Positions 1 through 10,587 of a stretch of DNA of 64,000 nucleotides are shown here, one piece after another. Positions within the stretch are counted from its first letter, which is position 1. Every line of letters begins with the position of its first letter. The notes below the pieces were generated by a model. It did not search any database. It was given only the letters and a program-made list of their open reading frames with translations, and was not told where the DNA came from. A program made the translations under genes and the position numbers. This stretch comes from Candidatus Cloacimonadales bacterium (GTDB lineage: Bacteria; Cloacimonadota; Cloacimonadia; Cloacimonadales; JAFGVF01), in the NCBI GenBank assembly GCA_963667035.1, contig OY762964.1, positions 1,920,001-1,984,000 on the forward strand, read 5' to 3'.

Positions 1-448
1 AGTTGTTAACTTCCAGTTTCAAAGAATTAACAAGTACCTCAGCTTCCTTAACTCTACCAATTTCTTTACCTACTGCCTGAATAGCAGTATAAACTTCACT
101 AACTGATTTAGGATAGATGCGAACAACCTTAATACCTAATTTTTCCAGATTATCTGCTAAATCCTGTTGTTCGAGCTGCGTTGTGAAAACTATCGAAGGA
201 TTAAGTTTAATAATCTCTTCCATTTTAATCTCACCAAACTTACCAACACTTGGTTTATCTTTTAAAGATTCAGGCCAAGTGCATTCGTCAGTAACAGCTA
301 TGATTTCGTCTACAGCTCCCAATTGAGCAATTATTTCGGCAACTTCGGGAGAGATAATAACTATACCTTTAGTAGTCTCCGCGGAGTTCTTAACAGAACA
401 AGCTGAAAGAAAAAGTAATAATAAAATAAGTAAAATGCTATTCTTCAA
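1..448 (-). CDS. BtuF/FepB-like ABC transporter substrate-binding lipoprotein (cobalamin/iron-siderophore family), runs off window edge
   Basis: Manual minus-strand translation from TTG at 448: MKNSILLILLLLFLSAC (lipobox) ...IISPEVAEIIAQLGAVDEIIAVTDECTWP...EEIIKLKPSIVF, typical of the helical-backbone periplasmic binding protein N-terminus. Not in the ORF track. Confidence 0.8.
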   Translation of the reverse strand, partial: MKNSILLILLLLFLSACSVKNSAETTKGIVIISPEVAEIIAQLGAVDEIIAVTDECTWPESLKDKPSVGKFGEIKMEEIIKLNPSIVFTTQLEQQDLADNLEKLGIKVVRIYPKSVSEVYTAIQAVGKEIGRVKEAEVLVNSLKLEVNN

Positions 449-1277
449 TTTCGTACTCCGTATTCATAAAGATTCTCCATTCACGACCCGGAAGGGGGAT
501 AGTAAGCCATTGGGCATAATATCTGAATTCCATGTCATAGAGCTGGTCAAAAAGGTAATAAAAAGCATTACCGGACTCTTCAGTCTGTGCCTTTTTGATA
601 AGTTCTACAAGCTGCTCTGCCCCATCAGCATTTAAAGTGTTGAGGTTGTTTCCACCCAGTTTACCTGTTCTATTATTAAAGATAAGAGTACCATCGGTTT
701 CAAAGAGCAAAAGATTTATAGTATTAAGATCCGGTAGCCAACTGATAAAGTCAAGTAGTTTCGCTGTATCAATTAGGAGAGTTAAAACTCCTACATACTG
801 GTTACCCGCATTGTAAACAGGCACAAGATATTCTTGTAGTAGGATTCCGTTGGGACCTTGAATGAGCGATGTAATATACGGTTTGTTATTATCTTTCACA
901 TAAAGATACTTCTCTGATTTACTTAGATTCAAACCTTCAGGTTGCCTGAACTCTTTTGGTTCTACATATAGCATAGTACCATCAGGTGATATCAATCCGC
1001 AGGATAGAATGTAATCTCTTGCTTCAACACCGGCTAATAGATAGCTTCGCATCTTCTCTTCACTGATTCCAGGAGGGAGAAAGAAACGTGTTACTTTCTC
1101 TGCAGTCAGTGCTAAATCATCCATTCTACGCTTTGAGTTCACTTTCAAGGTGGAGAATGCTTGTCTTTCTTGCATTGAGAAAGGAATTTCTTCCTTTTTT
1201 TTACATCCGTTTGTAACTATTGAAGATAGGATAATTACTAATAGTAGGCCTGTCTGAAGTTTTGATACGATTTTCAT
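438..1277 (-). CDS. Cache-domain extracytoplasmic lipoprotein with no output domain
   Basis: Signal peptide with TNGC lipobox; dCache-like motifs (KPYITSLIQG...LVPVYN..QYVGVL; ETDGTLIF; EWRI). ATG at 1277 preferred because the upstream extension overlaps the rnf terminator. Confidence 0.6.
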   Translation of the reverse strand: MKIVSKLQTGLLLVIILSSIVTNGCKKKEEIPFSMQERQAFSTLKVNSKRRMDDLALTAEKVTRFFLPPGISEEKMRSYLLAGVEARDYILSCGLISPDGTMLYVEPKEFRQPEGLNLSKSEKYLYVKDNNKPYITSLIQGPNGILLQEYLVPVYNAGNQYVGVLTLLIDTAKLLDFISWLPDLNTINLLLFETDGTLIFNNRTGKLGGNNLNTLNADGAEQLVELIKKAQTEESGNAFYYLFDQLYDMEFRYYAQWLTIPLPGREWRIFMNTEYEIEE

Positions 1278-1294
1278 ATTGCCTCTGAAAGGTG

Positions 1295-1331
1295 AAAAAG
1301 ACACCTCTCCCGCCGGAAGGGGTGCCTTTTT
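1295..1331 (-). terminator. Probable intrinsic terminator of the rnf operon
   Basis: Imperfect GC-rich hairpin flanked by A5/T5 runs just after the rnfB stop. Confidence 0.55.
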
Positions 1332-1348
1332 CGCTTTATAACTTAGTC

Positions 1349-2335
1349 CTAAACCATCTCTATGGCTTTCTTAGGACACTTCTCATAACAGATTTCACAA
1401 CCGATACATTTGGACTGGTCAACTGTATGAACACCCTTTAGCTCACCGCTAATGGCATCAACAGGGCACTTCTTGGCACAGATTGTACATCCGATACATT
1501 TATCTTCAATAATCTTAGCCTTTTTACGTTTTCCCGCCATCTGATCTTCGATTGCCTTAGTCGGACATTTAGTTGCACATAGACCGCAATTGATGCACTT
1601 ATCATAGTCAATAACAGCTAAATTACCATCCATAGTAATTGCTTCAACAGGACATGCTCTGGCACAAAGTCCACAACCGATACAACCGCGAGTAGTTCCG
1701 CAATTGTTCTTAGCTGAAATACCTTTCTCCTTGTTTGAGCACTCTATCTTAACTTGTTGGTCAAACTTAACTATCTCAATAAGGTGTCTTGGACACGCTC
1801 TTACACATGCTCCACAAGCAGTACACTTATCAGGATCAATAGTTCTGTTGTTATTTTCATCAATAATGAAAGCATCAAACGGACAAGCTGCAACACAATC
1901 ATTATAGCCTACGCAACCATACGAGCACATGTTCGGACCGTTAGCTACCATAACAGCAGACTTACATGTAGGTACACCGTCATATTCAAACTTAATCTTT
2001 GTGTTGTCATTTCCACCGCAAGAGCAATGGATATAAGCTATTTTCTTAACCGATTCTCCGGCTTTCATTCCCATTATCTCTGCAATAGCTTGTGCTGTTG
2101 CAGCTCCACCGGGAGCACAAAGATTAATATCGACACCGTTTTCTACGATTGCTTCCGCATAACCACCACAACCCGGTTTACCACAGGCACCACAGTTAGC
2201 TCCCGGAAGAGCTTCAAGTATTTTCTCTACTCGAGGGTCAACCTCTACATGAAAAGCAACCGAGGCAATGGCAAGCCCTATTCCGTATAATAAACCAAGA
2301 GCTCCGACAATAATTACTGGTAATAATATAGTCAT
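1349..2335 (-). CDS. rnfB: Rnf complex subunit B (polyferredoxin)
   Basis: N-terminal TM helix, LPGANCGACGKPGC motif, multiple CxxCxxCxxxCP clusters. Confidence 0.95.
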   Translation of the reverse strand: MTILLPVIIVGALGLLYGIGLAIASVAFHVEVDPRVEKILEALPGANCGACGKPGCGGYAEAIVENGVDINLCAPGGAATAQAIAEIMGMKAGESVKKIAYIHCSCGGNDNTKIKFEYDGVPTCKSAVMVANGPNMCSYGCVGYNDCVAACPFDAFIIDENNNRTIDPDKCTACGACVRACPRHLIEIVKFDQQVKIECSNKEKGISAKNNCGTTRGCIGCGLCARACPVEAITMDGNLAVIDYDKCINCGLCATKCPTKAIEDQMAGKRKKAKIIEDKCIGCTICAKKCPVDAISGELKGVHTVDQSKCIGCEICYEKCPKKAIEMV

Positions 2336-2343
2336 GGTTCCTC

Positions 2344-2949
2344 CTACATCTTAAGCCCGGAGAAGCCGAGGAAGGCAAGAGCCATAGCACCTGCAACTAT
2401 CAGGGATATAGGCATACCTTTCATGCTCTTGGGTACGTTTGCGAATTCCAATCTTTCTCTGATTCCTGCCATCAGAACGAGTACTAAGGTAAAACCAACA
2501 CCTGAGAAGAAACCATTAAGGATAGCATCCAAGAAGTTATAAGATGCACCACTTGGCCACTTAGCCGTTGTGTTAAGAATTGCCACACCGAGAACTGCAC
2601 AGTTTGTTGTGATTAAAGGAAGGAACACACCAAGTGATTTGTAAAGCGACGGTGAGTTCTTCTGAATAACCATTTCCACAAACTGCACAAGCGTCGCAAT
2701 GGTCAGGATGAAAGCAATTGTTTGGAGGTATTGCAGTCCGTGAGGGACTAGCAGATATACCTGAATAAGATATGTAATCGCCGATGCCATGGTCATAACA
2801 AATATAACTGCCATACCCATACCAAAGGCTGAGTCTAGTTTCTTGGAAACACCGAGATAGGGGCACAGACCAAGGAAACGGGCAAGAACAAAGTTCTGAA
2901 CAAAGATAGCTCCAACAGCCATGACCATCATTCTAGCTAAAAATTCCAT
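2344..2949 (-). CDS. rnfA: Rnf complex subunit A
   Basis: [17 protein letters not shown] and [12 protein letters not shown] motifs; operon context. Confidence 0.95.
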   Translation of the reverse strand: MEFLARMMVMAVGAIFVQNFVLARFLGLCPYLGVSKKLDSAFGMGMAVIFVMTMASAITYLIQVYLLVPHGLQYLQTIAFILTIATLVQFVEMVIQKNSPSLYKSLGVFLPLITTNCAVLGVAILNTTAKWPSGASYNFLDAILNGFFSGVGFTLVLVLMAGIRERLEFANVPKSMKGMPISLIVAGAMALAFLGFSGLKM

Positions 2950-2958
2950 CTGTATCTC

Positions 2959-3555
2959 CTACTTCTCTTTCTTTAACAAATTGATTAATGCCATCAGGAA
3001 ACCAACGGTAATGAAGGCCCCAGGAGCAAGAATAGCAACAAGCATTGGTGATTGGATATAAGCTTCGGGAAGAATAGGAATATCAAGAATCTTACCTGCA
3101 CCGAGAATCTCACGTATTGTGCCTATAATTACAAGTGCCAAAGTAAAACCAAGCCCCATTCCTACACCATCTAGTAATGATCTGAATACATTATTTTTAC
3201 TTGCAAAGGCTTCCGCTCTACCAAGAATCACACAGTTCACCACAATAAGCGGAATGAACAGACCGAGTGATTTATGTAAGGCAGGCAGGAAAGCACCCAT
3301 AGCCATATCAACAATTGTCACGAAAGTTGCAATAACAACGATGAACACGGGAATTCTGATTTTAGCAGGTGTAAAACCCTTAATCAGAGATACAATGATA
3401 TTGGAACAAATCAGCACAAATGTAGCTGAGAGCCCCATACCAAGAGCATTCATAACTGAGGAGGTTACAGCAAGAGTAGGACACATACCCAAAACAAGGA
3501 TAAATACCGGATTCTCTTTGATGAAACCGTTGGTTAATACTTTCATATTACTCAT
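2959..3555 (-). CDS. rnfE: Rnf complex subunit E
   Basis: ENPVFILVLGMCPTLAVT and IPLIVVNCVILGRAE motifs. Confidence 0.95.
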   Translation of the reverse strand: MSNMKVLTNGFIKENPVFILVLGMCPTLAVTSSVMNALGMGLSATFVLICSNIIVSLIKGFTPAKIRIPVFIVVIATFVTIVDMAMGAFLPALHKSLGLFIPLIVVNCVILGRAEAFASKNNVFRSLLDGVGMGLGFTLALVIIGTIREILGAGKILDIPILPEAYIQSPMLVAILAPGAFITVGFLMALINLLKKEK

Positions 3556-4117
3556 TTGTTACCTCCGCATTAGAGATTTTGGCTTGAAGCTTAACAATAC
3601 CTTCATTGATGGAATTCGTAACCGTTCTGGTAGTTATTGTTGCTCCTGTAATAGAAACAACTTCTCCACCGTCTTTGTCTACTAACAACTTAGGAAGCTT
3701 CTTACCTGTAAATTTATCAGCAAATTCCGGTAATGATGCTTTAGCTCCAAGTCCCGGGGTTTCTGCTTGTTCGATAACTTTAATATTGTTAATTGAGAGG
3801 TCCTGTTTCAGACCAACAACTGTCTTCACATCACTGCTATATCCATACTTGGAAACAGTGATTACATATCCGACAGTCTTTCCAGTATCGTCTTTTGCTA
3901 CAAAGTATGCATCAGTATCGACATCAGAGCCATCAACAAGATACTGCTTTTCAAATACAGATGCTTCAGGCATAACTTCTTTACGAGCATTTTCAGCTTC
4001 AACTCTCTTAACTTCTGCTATCATTGGAGCTGTAACACTATTTAAATAAGCCAAAATACCCGTTGCAAGAGCACATACAGCCAGAAGAATTAATCCTAAT
4101 TTAAGATAGTACTTCAT
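3548..4117 (-). CDS. rnfG: Rnf complex subunit G
   Basis: N-terminal TM helix, ETPGLG, and ITGATITT covalent-FMN motif. ATG overlaps the rnfD stop (TAATG). Confidence 0.93.
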   Translation of the reverse strand: MKYYLKLGLILLAVCALATGILAYLNSVTAPMIAEVKRVEAENARKEVMPEASVFEKQYLVDGSDVDTDAYFVAKDDTGKTVGYVITVSKYGYSSDVKTVVGLKQDLSINNIKVIEQAETPGLGAKASLPEFADKFTGKKLPKLLVDKDGGEVVSITGATITTRTVTNSINEGIVKLQAKISNAEVTNE

Positions 4118-5184
4118 TATTTCTTCCTCCCACCGAATGGTTTTGGAAGTGTCCATCTATCAATAAGAGGAACAGCCAAGTTCATAAGCAGAATTGAGTA
4201 TGATACACCTTCAGGATATCCGCCGACTAAACGAATAACAACTGTAAGAAGTCCACAACCGATACCAAAGTAAACTCGTCCAAGCTTTGTCATCGGGGAA
4301 GTCACATAATCGGTTGCCATGAAGAAAGCACCAAGTACCATACCACCGGCAAGAACATGGAATAAAGGTAAAAGGAGTGAAAAATGGCCTAAACCTTTGA
4401 TTCCGCCGAAAATGAAAGTGAGAATGAATACAGTCAGTATATAGCTGACAGGAATTCTCCATTCGATAATATTTTTATAAATTAGCCATGCTGCACCTAA
4501 GAGAAGTGCAAAAGCTGAAACTTCACCAATCACACCGCCGATATTACCCCAGAAGAGATGTTGGAGTGTAGATGAATCAAAGAGAGCGTTAAATATCTTT
4601 GCACCTTCTCCACTTCCAAGTCCTGCAACAAAGTCCGAGTCACGTAACATTTTAGCAACACCGAGAGGAGTTGAAGATGTTATAAGGGCTTCGGCTTTTG
4701 CACCAAGACCTTCGAGGCATGTGATACCGCTAAGGATTCCGCCTTTAGGTGCAACCCAACCTGAAGTTGTAAGAGTTGGCCATGAAGCAACAAGGAACGC
4801 TCTTGCGAGCAAAGCGGGATTAACAGGGTTATTACCCAATCCGCCGAAAACTTGTTTACCAATGGCAATCGCAAATATTGAACCAACAACCGGAAGCCAC
4901 CAAGGTGCACCCGCATGAAGGTTATATGTGAGAAGTATACCAGTGAGAACTGCCGAGCCATCCATAACGGTTACAGGTATCTTTCTCCATTTTTGAATCA
5001 GAAATTCTGTTGCTACTGCAGCTACAACACCGTAGACAGTAAGCATCAAGGCATTAATGCCGTAGAAATATACTGCTGCAATCAAAGCTGGAACAAGTGC
5101 AATAACAACTTGCCACATAACATTGGACACAGTTGACTTGTCGTGCAGATGAGGGGCAGCGGATACTTTAAATCTATTCTCCAT
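4117..5184 (-). CDS. rnfD: Rnf complex subunit D
   Basis: APHLH, KQVFGGLGNNPVNPAL, SSTPL FMN site, GAFFMATDYVTSP. Confidence 0.95.
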   Translation of the reverse strand: MENRFKVSAAPHLHDKSTVSNVMWQVVIALVPALIAAVYFYGINALMLTVYGVVAAVATEFLIQKWRKIPVTVMDGSAVLTGILLTYNLHAGAPWWLPVVGSIFAIAIGKQVFGGLGNNPVNPALLARAFLVASWPTLTTSGWVAPKGGILSGITCLEGLGAKAEALITSSTPLGVAKMLRDSDFVAGLGSGEGAKIFNALFDSSTLQHLFWGNIGGVIGEVSAFALLLGAAWLIYKNIIEWRIPVSYILTVFILTFIFGGIKGLGHFSLLLPLFHVLAGGMVLGAFFMATDYVTSPMTKLGRVYFGIGCGLLTVVIRLVGGYPEGVSYSILLMNLAVPLIDRWTLPKPFGGRKK

Positions 5185-5196
5185 TTATCCTCCGGC

Positions 5197-6537
5197 CTAT
5201 TTCTTCTCTTGTCTTTCACGCATGATGCGTCCGACGTTAACTTTAGCTATGTCTATCCATTGCACCATTTTTATCTGGGCTGGGCATACATAGGCACATG
5301 TACCGCATTTCATACAATCCATAGCTCCGGCTTTCTCAGCCATATCCCAGGCTTCGTTCTTTGCTGCGTTTGCTATCATGCTCGGTATCAGATTATGAGG
5401 GCATACATCAACACAACGTCCGCAACGCAAACAAGTATGCTCCTGATTAAGTTTTGCTTTCTTCTTATCAAAGAAAAGTAAACCTGATGATCCTTTAGCC
5501 ATTGGAGCATTTAAATCCGGAATTGCAAATCCCATCATAGGACCGCCGGAAATTATCTTTCCAATCTCGGCTTTTGCTCCACCGCATTTATCAAACAACT
5601 CTTGGAAAGATGTTCCGATTCTACTTTGAAGATTCTTAGGATTGTTTACGATACTACCGGAGATGGTAATAATTCTATCAATACAAGGACGTTTATAGCG
5701 AATAGCTTCATAGATTGCAATAGCAGTTCCAACATTCTGAACAACAACACCAATATCCATCGGAAGTCCACCTTTGTTTGGAACCGCTCTCTTGGTTGCT
5801 GCATAGATAAGCTGCTTCTCCCCGCCTTGCGGATAACGAACTTTCAGGCCGACGACACTGAGATTTCTATACTGACTTACCGCTTTCTGCATAATCTTTA
5901 TTGCATCCGGTTTATTAGCTTCAATACCTATCATACCACGACCGGCACCCGTTATCTTCATAACAAGTTGTAATCCGGCAACAATATCATCAGGTCTTTC
6001 AAGCATAAGCCTGTAGTCAGCAGTAAGGAATGGTTCACATTCAACACCGTTTAGTATAACAGTATCAATCTTCTTATCAGGAGGAGGGCTAAGTTTCACA
6101 TGAGTTGGGAAACCTGCTCCACCCATTCCACATACACCTGCATTTTTTACTCTGTCCTTCATTTCATCGACAGATAAATCCATAAATTTCTCGTCGTTTG
6201 TAAGCTCTACCCAGTTGTCAGTTGATCCGTCACCGGTAATTTCAATAGCCATAGATGTAGTTCCACAAGGATGTGGGAACTCCGCGATCTTAGTTACCTT
6301 TCCGGTTATTGAAGCATGCTGAGCAATCGAGACAAATCCACCCGGTTCAGCAATCATTTGTCCCGTTTTAACTTCATCCCCCACTTTAACAACAGGCTTG
6401 GATGGTGCTCCAATATGCTGAGAAAGTGGTATTACCACTTTTGGGGGAAAATCCATCATCTCAATCGCAGCATCTTTCGAATACTCCTTATAATCATGAG
6501 GATGTACCCCGCTAGGGAATGTTTTTAGTTTCATCAC
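5197..6537 (-). CDS. rnfC: Rnf complex subunit C
   Basis: GMGGAGFPTHVK, NGVECEPFLTAD, YPQGGEKQLI, two 4Fe-4S motifs. Confidence 0.96.
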   Translation of the reverse strand: MMKLKTFPSGVHPHDYKEYSKDAAIEMMDFPPKVVIPLSQHIGAPSKPVVKVGDEVKTGQMIAEPGGFVSIAQHASITGKVTKIAEFPHPCGTTSMAIEITGDGSTDNWVELTNDEKFMDLSVDEMKDRVKNAGVCGMGGAGFPTHVKLSPPPDKKIDTVILNGVECEPFLTADYRLMLERPDDIVAGLQLVMKITGAGRGMIGIEANKPDAIKIMQKAVSQYRNLSVVGLKVRYPQGGEKQLIYAATKRAVPNKGGLPMDIGVVVQNVGTAIAIYEAIRYKRPCIDRIITISGSIVNNPKNLQSRIGTSFQELFDKCGGAKAEIGKIISGGPMMGFAIPDLNAPMAKGSSGLLFFDKKKAKLNQEHTCLRCGRCVDVCPHNLIPSMIANAAKNEAWDMAEKAGAMDCMKCGTCAYVCPAQIKMVQWIDIAKVNVGRIMRERQEKK

Positions 6538-6758
6538 TACTCCCTTCTTTGCTTGTTTATGTGTATAGTTTTCCTATTTCCTATTTTGAACGTCATTATT
6601 AAGGCTAATTGATATAAATCAAGTAATTTTTGGTTTTTCTGTAGAATTGATTTTCTAGAGATAATCTATAAGCAGGTTTACCTTTAAACATCTGAGTTGT
6701 ATTCTGGTTCTATTTTTTTCTACGAGAATTATATTCCCTGTTCAGCCTGTGGTTTGCT

Positions 6759-6837
6759 ATCGCCCCTACAGGGTTCCAATATTTTTTAGTATTAAATACC
6801 CCATGCTGAAGCATGGGGCTATTGAACAGATGCTCCT
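6759..6837 (-). repeat. REP-like multi-hairpin element (family also at 30211 and 45041-45631)
   Basis: CCCCATGCTGAAGCATGGGG hairpin. Minus strand reads AATAGCCCC-hairpin-GGGGTAT, matching the core of the 45 kb copies. Confidence 0.55.
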
Positions 6838-6944
6838 TAATATCACAATCCTTTAGCCACGAAGTGGCGTAAGTGGACTAAGGATAAAATACCAATCATA
6901 ATTAATCCGTATTTTGTTAAACCGTTTTATACTTAACACTAAAC

Positions 6945-8138
6945 TCACTCTGCTTCCTTGATTACAGAATCATCCAAGTAAGGGTAATATGACCTTTCCT
7001 TATCAAGTCTATGCTTATCTTTTTCAAAGACAAGGAGATCAATATAATCATTTGTATTAGTATAAATAATTAAATGTATATCATCTTTAATAAAGTGAGT
7101 TCCGTTCTGAGTATTAAGATTTACATCGGAACCGTAATAGCATATTGAAAAGACATTATCTGTCTTCGTTACAGCCACTTCACGATTGAGAATAGATTCA
7201 AGTATCGCTTTGAATGTAGTATGATCTTCGCCATAGCATTTCATTGCACATATAGTAGTTACTATCTCACTAGACTCCTTGCCAAGAATTTCACGTTCAA
7301 CATGTACTGAATCAACTCCATATCTTGCTTTTGTGAATTGAAGAGATTCCACAAGAGTCTTCAATTCTTCTAACTGCTTAGCAAGCATATAAGTTTCTTT
7401 AGTACCTGAAATTCCATATTCAGTTATTGTTAAATGTTTAGTGCTTGAATCATAGCTAAGAAATGTCTCGGTAGATTTTGTCTGTAATGTTGAAATCATG
7501 CCTTCCAGTATAATTGTAGTGTCTATAGATTCAATAACTTTCTGATGAAGTTTGAATTCCTCATCGGTTACTTTACCGGGACTTAAAAAGCTTCCATCAT
7601 TCACTTTCTCAATTGGTACACATCCATTATCAGAACCTTGGTAGTTAGTCATCTGAACCTTATAGTAGTGTTTTGCTAACTGTGCCCCTACCCCATGATT
7701 ATGATATAAGTGTACTGCGAAGTAAAACTCGTCGTTGTTTGCCATATACACGTAAATATTGGGGAAACCACTAGCTACTCTCTGGGGATCATGATTGATT
7801 ACAATCTCACGCTTCAAAACTCTTTCGAGTTCATTTTTTAAATCAGTTTCTGATTTAACTATTTTAGGTTCCGGAACAAATGCTATGTAATCTTTTGCCA
7901 TGGATTGTTGAAAGGAGTTTGCTATAACGACATACACAGGAGAATCATGTTGCCCCACAAATGGGTAAGTCCCTGTTATTTCTTCATACTCCTTTAATAA
8001 TGTCCCATAATAATATAAGTCATTAAGTCGCTTTTCATCAGCACCCGTTTGGTATTTGTTTTCCATTGAATCGTATACACAACCATTGAGTATAATTATT
8101 ACTAATACACCGATAAGAAATTTCATAAATGCTTTCAT
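6945..8138 (-). CDS. Hypothetical lipoprotein
   Basis: 397-aa ORF with GGAGG RBS and LNGC lipobox; no recognised family. Confidence 0.7.
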   Translation of the reverse strand: MKAFMKFLIGVLVIIILNGCVYDSMENKYQTGADEKRLNDLYYYGTLLKEYEEITGTYPFVGQHDSPVYVVIANSFQQSMAKDYIAFVPEPKIVKSETDLKNELERVLKREIVINHDPQRVASGFPNIYVYMANNDEFYFAVHLYHNHGVGAQLAKHYYKVQMTNYQGSDNGCVPIEKVNDGSFLSPGKVTDEEFKLHQKVIESIDTTIILEGMISTLQTKSTETFLSYDSSTKHLTITEYGISGTKETYMLAKQLEELKTLVESLQFTKARYGVDSVHVEREILGKESSEIVTTICAMKCYGEDHTTFKAILESILNREVAVTKTDNVFSICYYGSDVNLNTQNGTHFIKDDIHLIIYTNTNDYIDLLVFEKDKHRLDKERSYYPYLDDSVIKEAE

Positions 8139-8303
8139 ATATCCTCCATTAATGCAAGCGATAGCCTCACGTTAATATTGAATAGAGTCAATAATTAATT
8201 ACAATATTTATCAAAGCTTAAGAATTACCAACCATTTCTATGTATCTTTAATGTATAAGACCTATCTACTCTATGAAACATTACTCTTCAAAGCAATACT
8301 TAA

Positions 8304-8675
8304 CTATCGGTGCTGATCAAACAGGATTGTATTACCGTCAGGGTCTGTAACCATAAAACTAGCAGATCCTTCACCCCCTTGATCTACCTCATTCTCTATG
8401 GATATCCCTTTGGCTTTCAGTACTTCTCTGATTGATCTAATGTCTTCAAAATCCTTTAATTCTTCCGCCTTTTGATTCCACCCCGGATTAAAAGTAAGTA
8501 TATTGTTTTTTAACATATCTTGAAATAAGCCAATCACTGTGTCGTCATTATGCATTATTAGCCATTTTTGATTAACATCTCCTGCCATTTCTTCAAATCC
8601 CAAATTTAGATAGAAATCTCTTGAAACAATTATATCCTTAACCGAAAGACTTATCGAAAATGCACCTAGTTTCAT
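8304..8675 (-). CDS. VOC/glyoxalase family protein
   Basis: ISLSVKD...FYLNLGF and VTDPDGNTILFDQ motifs. Confidence 0.88.
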   Translation of the reverse strand: MKLGAFSISLSVKDIIVSRDFYLNLGFEEMAGDVNQKWLIMHNDDTVIGLFQDMLKNNILTFNPGWNQKAEELKDFEDIRSIREVLKAKGISIENEVDQGGEGSASFMVTDPDGNTILFDQHR

Positions 8676-8985
8676 TTTTTACCTCCATAAGTGTTATAAG
8701 CAATTATTAAAATCATTTATGGAGATAAGTAAAGTAGAAAAATGAATATATAGTAGATTTATGGGTTATCAATACTTAGATTGTGCAAGATAACATTAAA
8801 CAGAAAAGTTAGTTACAAAAGGAAATGACATGGTATCTTTACTTCTCCAATTACTATATAAAAGTTAAAGTATGACAATTATTAAACTTACTCATAATAA
8901 CAAATTTTAATCATTTTACATAAAATATAAAGATAGGACAAAAAATTGTTGACTGTTTTAGACAACATCTTGGATATGGACTATT

Positions 8986-9684
8986 ATGGAGAATATATAT
9001 AAAGATAGAGATAATAGATTTATAATTGCAATAGACGGTCCTGCAGCCTCAGGGAAAAGCACCACAGCCAAACTTTTGGCAAAAGAGTTGGAATACAGCT
9101 ATATAGATACAGGGGCAATGTATAGGGCTTGTGGATTATGTTCCAAGCAATTAGATATATCTTTATCTGATATTCCCGGAATCGAGAGAATGTTGAAGAA
9201 TATAATTATTGAATTTAGATATAGTGATACAGGAAATCGCATTTATCTCAATGGAGAAGATGTTAGTGAGTTAATCAGGACAAAAGAGATTTCACGTCTT
9301 GCTTCCGATATTTCTCAGATAGGCATAGTCAGAATAAAAATGGTGGACATGCAAAGAGCAATGGGGGAGCAAGGAGGAGTCGTTATGGATGGACGTGATA
9401 TAGGGACTGTTGTTTTCCCTAATGCGGACTTCAAGTTGTTTATGATTGCCAATGTAGATGTAAGAGCCCAAAGAAGAGTTGCTGAATTACAGCAAAAGGG
9501 AATAGAGATTAGTTTTGATGAAGTAAAGGCTGATTTAATTTGGCGGGATAACAACGATTCAACCAGAGCTCTTGCTCCATTAAAAAAAGCTGATGATGCT
9601 ATTGAGATTGATACAACCGGTTTATCTATCGATGAACAGGTGTATAAAATTAAGGAAATTATCAATAATAAAGTGTACGCATAG
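8986..9684 (+). CDS. cmk: Cytidylate kinase
   Basis: IAIDGPAASGKST, DTGAMYR, DGRDIGTVVFP. Confidence 0.96.
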   Translation: MENIYKDRDNRFIIAIDGPAASGKSTTAKLLAKELEYSYIDTGAMYRACGLCSKQLDISLSDIPGIERMLKNIIIEFRYSDTGNRIYLNGEDVSELIRTKEISRLASDISQIGIVRIKMVDMQRAMGEQGGVVMDGRDIGTVVFPNADFKLFMIANVDVRAQRRVAELQQKGIEISFDEVKADLIWRDNNDSTRALAPLKKADDAIEIDTTGLSIDEQVYKIKEIINNKVYA

Positions 9685-9701
9685 AGTGTTCAATAAGTGT
9701 A

Positions 9702-10574
9702 ATGCAGATTTTATTAGCTAGACATGCCGGGTTCTGCTTTGGAGTTAAAAGAGCGGTAAAAATCGCTGAAGAAAGCGGAGCGAAATATAGTAAAGTTAAC
9801 ACCCTTGGAGATATTATCCATAATCCCCAGGTAGTTAACCAACTGAAATTAAAGGGTGTAGTCCCTGTTTCCAGTGTTTCAGAATGCCTGGATAATCCGG
9901 TAATTATCCGTTCACACGGAGTCACAAGGGATAGCTATAAAGAACTGCAAGCAAGAGACATCGAGATTATTGATGCAACCTGCCCTTTTGTTAGAAAAGC
10001 ACAGGAGCATGTCCGATATGCTGATAAGAATGATTATCAAGTATATATATACGGAGATGCCGAGCATCCGGAAGTAAGGTCACTTTGTTCTTTTGCTACA
10101 AATAAAAAAGCTGTTGTTATATCATCTGCTGAAGAGATTATCAACCCCTTTCATAAGTCTGCCTTGATTTCCCAGACCACGAAGGACTTAAAGGGTTTTA
10201 AACAAGTTACTTGTCGCTTAGTGGAAGAGTGCCGAGAATTACTTGTTTTCAACACAATATGTACTGCAACCGAAGTTCGACAGCATCATACTGTTGAATT
10301 GGCAAAAACAGTCGATGTGATGTTGATAATAGGCGGTAAACACAGCTCAAATACAAGAATGCTCGCAAAGCTTTCAGCTAGTTATGCTGTCACTCATCAC
10401 ATTGAGACAGCCGAAGAGCTGAAACGTGAATGGTTCGTGCAGGAGAGTAAAATCGGTATCTCTGCCGGTGCTTCCACACCGGATGACATAATCGTAGAAA
10501 TATATAATAAATTAATAGATTGGTTTGGGGATCTGTCCAAGACAGACAATGTCACAGATATTCCAGTCCACTAA
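9702..10574 (+). CDS. ispH: 4-hydroxy-3-methylbut-2-enyl diphosphate reductase
   Basis: GFCFGVKRA, HN, DATCPFV, TICTAT, SSN, GASTP. Confidence 0.96.
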   Translation: MQILLARHAGFCFGVKRAVKIAEESGAKYSKVNTLGDIIHNPQVVNQLKLKGVVPVSSVSECLDNPVIIRSHGVTRDSYKELQARDIEIIDATCPFVRKAQEHVRYADKNDYQVYIYGDAEHPEVRSLCSFATNKKAVVISSAEEIINPFHKSALISQTTKDLKGFKQVTCRLVEECRELLVFNTICTATEVRQHHTVELAKTVDVMLIIGGKHSSNTRMLAKLSASYAVTHHIETAEELKREWFVQESKIGISAGASTPDDIIVEIYNKLIDWFGDLSKTDNVTDIPVH

Positions 10575-10587
10575 TTCAGGAGGAAGA

